A stretch of 63,909 bases of DNA, filler included, from Conidiobolus incongruus B7586 (taxonomy: Eukaryota), in the NCBI GenBank assembly GCA_000697335.1. It is 8 parts of 8 records of this genome, joined end to end, with 100 filler letters (N's around TTAATTAATTAA, not from the genome) between each part and the next. Parts side by side here need not be neighbours in the genome. Positions count along the whole stretch, not along the records: positions 24,649 to 27,070 come from JNEM01006317.1; positions 27,171 to 49,219 come from JNEM01006318.1; 6 more parts are not named here. One strand, given 5' to 3'. Positions 24,749 through 36,066 of the stretch are shown in pieces. The translations under genes were made by a program, and so were the position numbers. Below the pieces are notes generated by a model. It saw nothing but the letters and a program-made list of their open reading frames with translations. It had not been told where the DNA came from and did no database searches. Every line of letters begins with the position of its first letter. Within the stretch, counting starts at the first letter, position 1.

Positions 24749-26311
24749 TACTAGCTTGCAAAAATAAGTCATAAAATTAAAAATATATATATTTCTATTA
24801 ATATTTTAATCAAATTTAATTTAAATAAACTTATATTAAACTTTGTAATTAATATATATTTTTTATTTGTAATATAATATATAAAGTTAAATTTAATTAA
24901 TTATTAATTGATATATTAAAATTAAAAGTATATTTAAGATGAGTTATAAATTTACAAGTTTTAATACTGATAGAAAAATTAATATTTAGTATATCTACCT
25001 TTTGCTTTTCTAACTTCTTTAAGTTTATAGGTATAGAGTTAACTAGCTTCTTATATTAAACAAGATTAATATTATTCTAAGCTTCTTAAATATACTCTTA
25101 AAGTTAATCTAAGTTTTTTGTTAAAGGGAAAACTTTAATTAATTTTTTTAGTTGATTTTAAAGATATTTAATTAAGTTAAGATTAAAAAATTAAAGAGGT
25201 TATTTCATAATAAATATTTTATTATTTTTAAGCCATTTAATAAAAGAATTTATAGTATCACAATGTATATTATCTTGTTGGAAAATAATATTTGATTTCT
25301 TTAATCTATACTACTTAATAATTTTTTTAATTTTTTGTTTAAAATACTTTAATACATTTTAGCATTAATTCCCCTATTAACCTTATAAAGATACCTTATA
25401 ATTAAAGATAACATATATCCTTAAACTATAATTAACCTATTATTGTATTTTTAGGTTATAATAACATAATAGTTATAAAGTAGTTCTTTATCTTTTTTAT
25501 AACATTTAACTTTTCTATTAGATTTATTAAAATATATCTTTGTTTCATTAAACTAAATAACTCTACTTTACTTAGTTTCAGTTTAACTTTAATATTGATA
25601 TTTAAACTCTTGCTTAATTTTATAGTGGGACTTTTTTAATTAAAAGTGTTTTTTTTAAAATATAAGTTGTATTTATTTTAACATAAAATATATATAATAA
25701 TATTAATACTAACTAATATTCTTGTATAGTTTTGTAATTATTGCATTTTTATAGTAATATTATACTTACCTATATTAACTAATCTACAGATATACTTTTC
25801 ATCATATTTATCTATAATCTTAACACATTTAAGTTTTAATTTAGGTGTTTTTTTAATATTGTTCTTAATAACCTTAACTATAGTAGATTAACTAATACTA
25901 ATAATTCTAGCAATCTCACAAGTTGATTTATTTTTATTATAAAGTTGATTAATATATAAATAAACTTTTTTAGAGAGAGATTTAGGTATTATAATATTAA
26001 TTTTAAAATATTAGCTTAATAGTTTTTTAATATATATAATATAACAAAAGAAAAAGAAGATATATATAAGTTTTGTTATTTATACCATTTTAACTTATAA
26101 ACCCACAAATTTATAACTCACCTTGGTTAAATTTTAAGTTTTGATATATTAACCAATAGCTAATGAAATTTAATTAAATATAGTTAGTTATAATCAATTA
26201 ATATAGGTAAATTATATATTTTAATTTAAATATATTTAATTAAGAATTATTTAAGATATAAGTAAATATTTAAGTAATTTTGATTTTATGACTTATTTTT
26301 GTGGGTTAGTA
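24749..26311 (-). mobile_element. Full-length hypermutated Tc1-family (DD34E) transposon, copy B (1563 bp)
   Basis: TA on both sides. TIRs are TACTAGCTTGCAAAAATAAGTCATAAAAT and, on the reverse strand, TACTAACCCACAAAAATAAGTCATAAAAT. Contains a transposase relic. Confidence 0.92.
24979..25989 (-). pseudogene. Tc1 transposase relic (~336 codons)
   Basis: Start ATG>ATA (IPKSLSKK), HTH KSTCEIARIISIS*STIVKVIK, RVI*FNETKI (VIWSDETK), FQQDN, *PL*FFNLNLIKYL* (WPPQSPDLNPIEHLW), C-terminus KEVRKAKGRYTKY*. Confidence 0.9.
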
Positions 26312-26481
26312 TATATCAACTAATAATAGATTAAATTTAACTAAATATATTCTATTATAAACAAAAAATATATATTAATTAAATAGCTTAATATAAGCTG
26401 ATTCAAGCTAGAATTAATTAACTTATTAATAATAAAATAGTTTTTTTTTTTTAATTTTATAACTTAAGTTATAAGTTAGTA
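26312..26481 (+). mobile_element. Terminal-repeat remnant of another Tc1 copy, into which copy B is inserted
   Basis: Matches the 3' end of copy C (49745-49907), ending TTTTATAACTTAAGTTATAAGTTAGTA-TA. The upstream part continues at ~24710-24748. Confidence 0.65.
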
Positions 26482-26947
26482 TATAATATATATAATAAAT
26501 AATTAAAATAACTTATTATTATTTAAAATAATTTTATTTTTGGAATTAAATAACTATGGTTTATAATATGATATCTGTTTTAAATAAATAATTATTTTTA
26601 GTGATAAGGAGTGATATTAAAAATTTAATTTTTGAATTTGATAAATATTAAATTTAAATGAATTTTTCATTATAAAATAAAATGATTATATTAATTATAA
26701 AACTAAAATTATAAATATAAATATAATAAAAATAATATATATATTGTTAAAAGACTAGTTCTCTAAATTCTTATATATACTTTCATATAATCCAATTAAC
26801 TATAAATTATATGATTAATTTATACTTATATAGTTAAAATAATTGTATAAATAGCATTGAATTATCAAATAAACTAAGTTCCTCTTTTTCTTCTCAATTC
26901 TTACTATTTTTTACTTTTACACTATTTCTAAGATTAAGACTATATTC

Positions 26948-27070
26948 TGTCAATATTATAGGATATTGGCACTACCTAATATAAACCTTAATATATCGGT
27001 GACTCATCCTAGTTCGAAGCTTAATTAAACTTTGTTTACACTTGCACGCTACAGCCACGTTATATTACCA
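26948..27070 (+). mobile_element. Possible LTR start, cut by the gap
   Basis: Begins TGTCA with a terminal hairpin and is GC-elevated up to the gap; no second end or TSD visible. Confidence 0.4.
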
Positions 27071-27170
27071 NNNNNNNNNNNNNNNNNNNNNNNNNNNNNN
27101 NNNNNNNNNNNNNNTTAATTAATTAANNNNNNNNNNNNNNNNNNNNNNNNNNNNNNNNNNNNNNNNNNNN
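27071..27170. other. Assembly gap with six-frame stop linker
   Basis: 44 N + TTAATTAATTAA + 44 N. Confidence 0.98.
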
Positions 27171-27470
27171 TGTATTTCAAAATTAATCATCTCTTCCAGT
27201 TTGATAGCTAAACCAATATTATTTCTATTTTAAGCTGGCTTTGTCAGTATATAATTGAAGGATACTCTTTGTTCTCTTTATTTTCTTTATTAGATTTTAT
27301 CCAAATCCCATATCATTCATTGATTCAATTATTTAAACCCAACAGTAAGTTTTCAAACCTACAGTCCCGATACGTTAAAGAGCAGGATTAATAAATAATT
27401 TACTAAATCATATTTTGAGTACTTTTCTAACTACGATCTTTATTTATAAAACTTAATATAAAACACAACA
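27171..27470 (+). mobile_element. Solo LTR, family B (first bases in the gap, internal deletion)
   Basis: High similarity to 14165-14524; ends CACAACA. Confidence 0.8.
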
Positions 27471-27476
27471 ATGATC

Positions 27477-27627
27477 TTAAATAGTTAATTGAATGAATGA
27501 TATATGATTTGGTTAAAATCTAACAAAGAGTATCCTTTAATCATGGGTTGAAAAAACCACTATAAATAAGGGATAATATGGACTTAATTATCAAATTAAG
27601 ACAGACAGGTATTTTCAAGATATATCA
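27477..27627 (-). mobile_element. Partial, more diverged family B LTR in inverted orientation
   Basis: Reverse complement matches the 5' half of family B (GGATACTCTTTGTT, AGATTTTA.CCAAATC, CTGTCT). Confidence 0.6.
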
Positions 27628-27821
27628 ATATAAGCAATTAAGGGAGGGCTTAGCATTAATTAATTTATAAAATTAATATCTACCTAAAAAATGAAATTAA
27701 CTATTCTAATTTGATATTATAAAAAATGTATTTTAGTGATATAAGTATTGAATATACTTTAATATGATAAAAAGTGTTAACACTTTTGGTTAATTAGAGA
27801 TTAAAATATTTATTAAATAAA

Positions 27822-28106
27822 TTAAATTATGACAAGTCCAAGAACATCTGGGTCTAGTCCCAAGTCAACCTTCAAGGCAATATCAAGATCCATTAATTTA
27901 GTGGTACAACGGTAGCAATCATATCCATCATAGTATCCACGAGCACATTTCTTCTTCAAGATATCCAAGTTCACAGACAAGTCGATGTTAGCCTTGACTT
28001 TGGTATCAATGATAGCATCGACCTGCTTACCATGGTAGTAGTAGTATTTTGGCTTGGTTAAAATTAAGGCAGAGGCAGCGGTGACGAATAAAGCAGCGAC
28101 CTTTAT
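27822..28106 (-). pseudogene. Small secreted Leu/Asp-rich protein, copy 1; start codon lost (ATG>ATA)
   Basis: Uninterrupted frame (I)KVAALFVTAASALILTKPKYYYYHGKQVDAIIDTKVKANIDLSVNLDILKKKCARGYYDGYDCYRCTTKLMDLDIALKVDLGLDPDVLGLVII*. The TATA position reads TCTAAATA (28176-28183). Confidence 0.85.
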
Positions 28107-29750
28107 TGTTAAATTAGATTAATTAAAAGACTGGAATATTATGTTTTGATTTCCAATATTCACTCCATTTACTGTTATTTAGATCCATCAAGATTATATT
28201 AATACAAATAAAGCCCATAATTTGTTCAAAGAGAATCAAAATTCTTTCCCTGAAACATATCTGAAATCTGATCCATCAAAATTGATATTACTCGTCAATT
28301 TCTAATATAAATATTTTGTTAAAAATCATATTCATATTAATTCTTCTGAATCGAATAAATAATATGGAGTTTTAATATTATCAATTTCCTTGAATAAATA
28401 TTTATTTCTCCAACAGTTCAATGTTATAGCTTTCTTGGTCATTTTTTTCAGTATTTTCAAATATATTTGAATTTTTGAATTAAAATCTCCTTTTTATTTT
28501 AGAAACAATTTAATATATAATCACGAATTTTTGATTTTTCAATTAATTAACTGAATATTTAACTGATCATTGTATTACTTTGATTAACATTATTAATATA
28601 ATGATAAAGTAACTATTTCAGAATACCTTTATATTACACTAATACAACTTGAGTAGTATGTTAGGCGAAAAATTTGAAAAATAGCAGTTTGATCATGGTT
28701 AATTTTATTATATCATAGGTCTATATAATATTATTTGCTTTTTAACTTCATCATTAATAAATTATTAGAAAAGAATCTACAAATATACAAGATTTCGGAA
28801 TGTAGAACATTTAAGGGAAAGAAAATAAAAAATTCAGGGGAAATATAATTCTCAATATAACTAAATAATTTGTATTCTATACTATATTAGTTTATTATGC
28901 CTTAAATTTGAACTAAAGTTATTTGTTGATAGATATATGAAATTTTGGATTACATTTTTTGATAATAGAGTTTACGTATAATTCGTACTTATTATCATTA
29001 GAATTAAAATATTTCATGTTAAATATTAATGATAGAGGTAAAACTATAATTAGGTATATGATATATTATTAATTGGGAGTTTAAATCTCAGGTTACTAAA
29101 TATACAGAAATAGTTTGACAATGTGACAATATATTTGAATTTGTTCCTTATTCAATTATTTAACATTATTTTAATTAATTATAAAAATTATAATATATTC
29201 AAGATTCGTATAATTATATTGAACTATTAGTAAAATACATTATTTTTATCAATCATTCAGTTAAGTATAATTCCAATATGTATTTTATTTGTTGTAAATT
29301 GAATTAAAATATATTATAAAATTTTGATCCAATTTATGCTCTTATATTTAAAAAGTTATATAGATTGGTAACGTTATCAAGGTATATTCCATTTAACTAT
29401 TATATATATTATCAAATGCATACCAATTAGTACTCATTTTAAATAAAATGAAATTAAAGTTTTAAAGAATTTTAATTTAAATATTTTTAAAGTTTAACAT
29501 TTAATTTTTCAAAAAATTAATTGATTAATGAAATTTTACTATAAGATTTAATAAAAATATTGATATCCAAAATTACTCAATTTTATCCAAAGAATATTAT
29601 AATTTGATCTAGGTATTAAGTTTTAAAAACAACTTTACAAATATTTGACTTGACTAATTCGAATAATATTGAGTATTAATACCTCTACTTGAAATGAATA
29701 ATTAGTATCTAATAATATTATTCCTTTCTGCTAATTAATCAAATTCTATA

Positions 29751-30031
29751 ATGAAATTCGCTGCTTTAACATCACCGCTACCTCCGCCTTAATTTTAACC
29801 AAGCCAAAATACTACTACTACGATGGTAAGCAGGTCGATGGTATCATCGATGCCAAAGTCAAAGCTAGCATTGACCTGTCTTTGGACTTGGATACCTTGA
29901 AGAAATGTGCTCGTGGACACTATGGTGGTTATGGTTGCTACCGTTGTACCACTAAATTACTTGATTTTGATATTGCCTTGAAGGTTGACTTGGGACTAGA
30001 CCTAGATGTTCTTGGACTTGTCATGATTTAA
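29751..30031 (+). pseudogene. Small secreted Leu/Asp-rich protein, copy 2; frameshifted
   Basis: ATGAAATTCGCTGCTTTA, then a net 1-bp deletion at codon 7 that gives an early TAA. The rest is colinear with the paralogs to GTCATGATTTAA. Confidence 0.85.
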
Positions 30032-31524
30032 TTTATTTAATAAATATTTTAAACTGATGTTTGCAAATTATTGAGTAATCAACCAATTTAATATTACAAA
30101 TATATTTTTTCGGAATCAATTATATATAACATAAAATATAAATATCATGGCATAAGGTCATTTCCCTAAAAATATATTATCAATAACTTATGAAATTATT
30201 TTATATCAATCAAAATATCTTATATTATTATTATTATTATCTATATCGTATTCAATTTCTCTCTAATACAATTCCTATCCATATTCTTTCTAATTTATTA
30301 ATGCTCCAACATTCTAATCTTTTTTATTTGTACTGAAAAACAGTTATAATTTTGTCCAAAATTAATTGAAATATTTATAATTGGATATTTTTTATGATAT
30401 TTAAATGGAGTTAATATATATTATCAGAATGAATGGTATATTACCTTCAATTCGAAAATTTAATATCTTTTAATCTACTAACAAAGAGTTTAAAATAAGT
30501 TTCTGTTTTAAACTTATTGACTAAATGACCTATGTGAAAATTAAGTTTAAATATTTAAAACAAATGAAGTGATTAAATAGCTGAGAAAATAGTAATTGAT
30601 GTATACATTGTATCAATATAACTATATTTAAGAAACTGTCGAATTCTAATTCTCTATTACTACCCAATTGTCACAAAATTTCAATATTTAATTAAACATC
30701 AGATTTGAGTTACAATGTAATATTATATATTTATATTATGTATTGATATTAATATCCTGAATATAATTAACACACATATATACTCAGTCTTATTTAAAGA
30801 GATTCCTTAAGCAAAATATCTTCCACTTCAGAATATTAAATCATATTAAATATTGTTTTAATATTGAATTTAAGGATAACTATATAATAGCACTTATAAG
30901 ATAAAACTGTGGAGTTGGACTGTACCAATTTTGCCCAACACTATTACACCTGAAAACTATTCTATTTTCTTCAATTTAATGTTATATTTTATCCCATATT
31001 GTATTATGTTTTTTATTTTAATTATTTGAAGATTTTTAGGTTTAAGTATAACTTTCAAATTATACTTGACATATAGAATTTTTTTTGTTTTTTTTTATTT
31101 TGGATATATTCAGTAATATATGTGAATAACATCCTTGGCTACCACAGCTAAGTACATACAATATTTTTGATAGTCTTAACACAAACATAGATTGAAATTT
31201 AAAAATATTTTGGAATATATCATCATTCATTAACTCTGATTTAAAAGTTTCTTAGCCTCTAGGTATCTGTGTAAGTCTGTATAGAATTCATTAATTTATA
31301 AATTTTAAAGATTATAGTATTTTTATGAAGATTTAACCAAATTTAGTAAATGTTCCAATTTATTAATTATGTGATAATTTTGAAATATGATATTCTTTTT
31401 TTACTTAGTTATTAAATATATATAGTTGTTACTGAATCAAAATCAAAATCTTTATATTATCAAATAATCATTGTTGATAGCTGATTTTCTCTCAAACTAA
31501 AGATTAAAATATTTATTAAATAAA

Positions 31525-31812
31525 TTAAACCTTGACAAGTCCAAGATCCAAGCCTAATCCCAAGTCAAGGTTCAAGGCAAGTTTAAGATCAAGATCGAGT
31601 AATTGAGTGGTACAACGGTAGCAGTCTCTTCCATAGTAATTACCACGAGTACACTTCTTCTTCAAGATATCCAAGTCCAAAGACAGGTCAATGCTAGCTT
31701 TGACTTTGGCATCAATGATAGCATCGACTTGATTACCATCATAGTAGTAGTATTTGGGCTTGTTTAAAATTAAGGCAGAGGCAGCGGTGACGAATAAAGC
31801 AGAGAATTTCAT
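31525..31812 (-). CDS. Small secreted protein, 95 aa, alternating Leu/Asp, 3 Cys; copy 3
   Basis: Signal peptide MKFSALFVTAASA, gene-like codon usage, four-copy family, TATAAATA at 31878-31885 (minus). Confidence 0.88.
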   Translation of the reverse strand: MKFSALFVTAASALILNKPKYYYYDGNQVDAIIDAKVKASIDLSLDLDILKKKCTRGNYYGRDCYRCTTQLLDLDLKLALNLDLGLGLDLGLVKV

Positions 31813-31960
31813 TGTTCTGTTTGATTAATAAATTAAAAGATTATTGATTGATATTTGATGTATAATTCAACCTCCAGTATTTATAAGCATCTAAATTTTC
31901 GAGTTTTTTTCAAGTTTTGGTGTTTCTATTTTCAAATTTTTATCATCATTTGGACCCTGA

Positions 31961-31984
31961 ATCAAATCAGAATTCTGATTTGAT
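31961..31984. promoter_or_regulatory. Perfect 24-bp palindrome upstream of copy 3
   Basis: ATCAAATCAGAATTCTGATTTGAT equals its own reverse complement. A regulatory role is inferred only. Confidence 0.5.
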
Positions 31985-33506
31985 AAAATGGAGAAATTTG
32001 AAAAATCATTATTTATTATCGAAATGGTTTTGTAAATTATCTTTTGTGTTAATATTCCTAGTTGGAGTAAAATAATAAATTGTTAAAGTTTGAATAGTAG
32101 TAAAATTATTTGTTCAAAATTTAATTAAGATTTGTGTACAAATTAATATCTATTTTAATATATTATATTATTAATTTGGATTGATTTGCTCAATTATTTG
32201 GTCCACATACCAGTATCAATTTTGATTTTTTATATAGATTTTAAGAATACTTAAGCATTATTTATAATATTACTTTTTATAAACTATTTTGATTCAGGAT
32301 CAAATTCAAAACCATCGTCATAGTATCAATCTTTATAATTGCATATTCTGTGAAATAATATTCAAACTTAGTAATTATCCAATTTACTCTTGAAATAATA
32401 TATCATGAGTTCGAAAATTATAATACTAACAATAATATTAGAAGTTACGTTGTTAAAGGGGTATTATTTCAATAATATTCATCATATTTAATAAACTAAA
32501 CATTGAATTTTTAAAACTAAATAAATCTAAAACGAGTTGTTTTATTTTTCATACGCAAATTTGCGTAACGATAAACTAGTGTATTAAAAATATATATTTT
32601 ATTTGTAGTTTTTCCCCTTGATCAACTTGCTACTGTGATTCCAAAAATCATTTCACATTCTTAAATATAATTTATTAAATATTTTATTAATTGAAAAATT
32701 GTGATAAAATCTCAAAATTATAACTTGGTTTATAGGAAGATAGGCATTTGATATAGGTCGATATCCATTATTAAAAATATATTAACAATGAATCTTCATC
32801 CTTTCATGGGTAGGAATAAAAAGGATAGATATTGATACATTGTAATTGACTAATAAATATTTTTACTTTATATTGAGATAATTTTATAATTGAATTTTTG
32901 GAAAAAATTTTAAATGGAAATTAGTGCAATAAATTAAGGTTAAAAAACTATCTAGTATATTTATGATGCTATATTTTACTGCTGATCTATATGCTTAAAG
33001 AATAAATACTAGATGAAAAAATTTTTCGGAAAAATTTACGCTGAAATTTCAATTTAAAATTTAAGTTGACGAATTAAGTTCAGATAATATAACTCATAAT
33101 AAAGAGTATTTGAAATTCAATATTATAATCAATTTAAAATTATTAATAAACAATAAGGGAAACCTCGAGAGAAGCTTGAATTTTAAAATTATTTAAAATT
33201 TATTTTATTCCATATATGGAATGATCAAAAGCTGTTCAAAAATACAAACATTCGAGATATATTAAAGATATTTTCAAATAAATAATAATTGATTTATATT
33301 ATTAGAAAGAAATTTACCAAAAAATTTTTAATATTTTAATTACTCATAAATATATTTAAGGATAATAAATTGATAAAAATGTTGACTATTAAAAAGGATA
33401 TCCCATATCAAACAAAATTTTCAAAAAGAATTCTCACTTGATTCAGGTACAAATAACAATTTGGAGAATTTAATGATTTAAGAGTATATATTGATATTGA
33501 GTTTAG

Positions 33507-33514
33507 TATAAATA
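33507..33514 (+). promoter_or_regulatory. Candidate TATA box of copy 4
   Basis: TATAAATA ~70 bp before the ATG, the same spacing as in copy 3. Confidence 0.5.
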
Positions 33515-33583
33515 ACAGTAAATGAGGTGAATATTAGATATCAAATAATAATATTCTATTCTATTGATTAATCTAACTGAACA

Positions 33584-33871
33584 ATGAAATTCGCTGCTTT
33601 ATTCGTCACCGCTGCCTCTGCCTTAATTTTAAACAAGCCCAAATACTACTACTATGATGGTAATCAAGTCGATGCTATCATTGATGCCAAAGTCAAAGCT
33701 AGCATTGACCTGTCTTTGGACTTGGATATCTTGAAGAAGAAGTGTACTCGTGGTAATTACTATGGAAGAGACTGCTACCGTTGTACCACTCAATTACTCG
33801 ATCTTGATCTTAAACTTGCCTTGAACCTTGACTTGGGATTAGGCTTGGATCTTGGAATTGCTAAACTTTAA
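33584..33871 (+). CDS. Small secreted protein, 95 aa; copy 4, near-identical to copy 3
   Basis: Differs from copy 3 only at residue 4 and the C-terminal residues. Confidence 0.88.
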   Translation: MKFAALFVTAASALILNKPKYYYYDGNQVDAIIDAKVKASIDLSLDLDILKKKCTRGNYYGRDCYRCTTQLLDLDLKLALNLDLGLGLDLGIAKL

Positions 33872-34420
33872 TTTATTAAATTTTTAATATTCAATTTGAC
33901 AAATAAACTCATACTTTACTATTATATCAAAGAATAATTAATTCCATTATGTTAATATTGTTATGAAATTTGAATCATATCAATAACTTGCTGATATTTT
34001 GTATTAGAGATAAATTTTTTATCTATTTTTAATTAATTGAACCTTTCATCATCTGAATAATTTTAAAAATATATGATATCATTGATTTATACATTTTTGA
34101 AATCCTATCAACAAAATATATTTGATTAAAAAGAAACTAATTAAAATTCTAATTGGTATAAATTATAAAATTATAGTAGATGCATAAATTGTATATTTGG
34201 ACTTATTAGTATTATAAATCAAAATTTGTAATTTCTAATATATTAGAATGAAAATTACTCAAAATGGAATTTCTAAATCAAAATATAATAGAGTTCAAAA
34301 TAGTTAATGAACCTTAAAGATATGTTGATATAATTATTATTTTTATAAATTTGTAATTTATAAATTCAAAAACTGATTAAATAAAATTAATTAATATTAG
34401 AATAATTATATAATATCACT

Positions 34421-35700
34421 TTGTAATTTAAATAATAAGAATTTTTTCTGATTGAAAAAAAGATAGAAATATAATATAAAATTAATAATTTCTTATATTT
34501 CTAATAATTTTTTATATATTTTTAGTAAAGTTCTAACACTTAAAAAATAGTTCTTTCTATTAAAGACTAAAATTTGATATTTTACAAACTAATTAAATTC
34601 TCTTGTAGAAATTTTCTTGCTGATAAGTTAGTTTTTTGATTGCTTAAAACAATTATAATTAGATAAGTTATAATATAGAGAATATATTAGATATAGTAAT
34701 TATTTCCAGTTATTTTTAATTAGAAAGTTTTTATAACTTTATTTTTATACATTTTATAATTATTATGTAAAATAATAGGTTTTCTAAAATTATATCAAAA
34801 ATAGTAATTAAAAATAGTTTTATTTAAAAAAACAATATAAAGTTTATTATTAATTAATTTTTTTAACAATTAAATCAAAATAACATATATTATTATAATC
34901 TATTATAACAATAAATATTTACTTATTAATAAAATATTTAATTAAAAAAATCTATAGAAAAGGTTAATTTAACTTAATCTAATATTTTGATATATGTTTT
35001 AGTAAAAGATTATATAAGAAAAATTAAGATTCATTAATTATAATAATTTATTGTAAAAGTTTTGGTTTTTGATTATATCTTAGTAAATTTTATTTAACAA
35101 TAGCTATAATAGCTTTTTTTAAGCTTTAGTCAAATTATAAGATATTTATTTTATATTTTTATTAATTAATTTATTTGAATTTAAATTTAAATATATATAT
35201 AGAATACTTATATAACTATTATTTAATTATTTTTAATAGTTTTTTAACTAAAATAAAAAAGTAATTTTTAATATAATTTTTTATTTTATTAATAATTAAA
35301 AAAGTTATAATTAAAATTAATCTTTTAAATTTTAAAAGGTTTTAAATAGTTTTTTAACCTTAAAATAATTTACTTAGTAATAAATTGTTAATTTAGAAAA
35401 TAATTTATTAATAAAAGTTATTTATAAATTTTTAATAATTATAGAGGGTTTATAGTTAAGTTTTACTAATATTAAAGTAAAAACTTTTAATAATCATTAT
35501 TTATTTTAAGTATAATTAAATTAAGCAATAAATTTTAAAAAGTTAATTTTTTAATCAAAAAAAACTATTATATATATATATATATATAATTCAAAACTAT
35601 TTATTTTCTTATTTGTTTTGTATATATATTTTTTATTTGAAATTGATAATATGTTTGAAAAATCAGAAATTAAAAAATTTCCCATTATTTTAATTCTATA
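34421..35700 (-). mobile_element. Hypermutated mariner, copy 2, about full length (~1.28 kb)
   Basis: Right end is the reverse complement of the copy 1 start (AATGGGAAATTTTTTAATTTCTGA), with a degenerate inverted match near 34425-34452. Minus strand gives YSLYYNLSNYNCFKQ and FVKYQI..FNRKNYF, as in copy 1. Boundaries approximate. Confidence 0.82.
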
Positions 35701-36066
35701 GTAATAACATAAAATTTTGTGTATTAAATATTTATTTAATTATTTTTTATTAACAAAATATCAATAGTTTTTCTAATTTTTTATGACAAAATGAACTGTA
35801 TTTACCAATTATAATATTTTTTTAATTTTTTTAAATTTGAAATATTTTAATTAACAGATCAAATCCTAACTCTGATTATAATATAAGACAGCAGATGTCT
35901 TTTATGTATTAAAAGATGCTCTTTCGTAGATTTATATTTGATATTGTAATTAAATATTATGTTTAATATCAATGTATTGAATGGATATTTGATATCTGAA
36001 AAATAATATTTCAACTTAAGTTAAAATCAGCTTGATATCTTTGAATTTTTTATATTATATTATTAA

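Noticed and set aside
24979..25989. Alternative genetic code or mitochondrial insertion as the cause of in-frame TAA/TAG
   Set aside because: Stops replace both Trp and Gln, differ between copies and come with missense transitions; the intact genes use the standard code with TAA/TAG stops.
27171..27627. Large inverted repeat as a MITE or hairpin RNA gene
   Set aside because: Explained by two family B LTR copies in opposite orientation; the inverted one is more diverged and closer to the 38249 copy.
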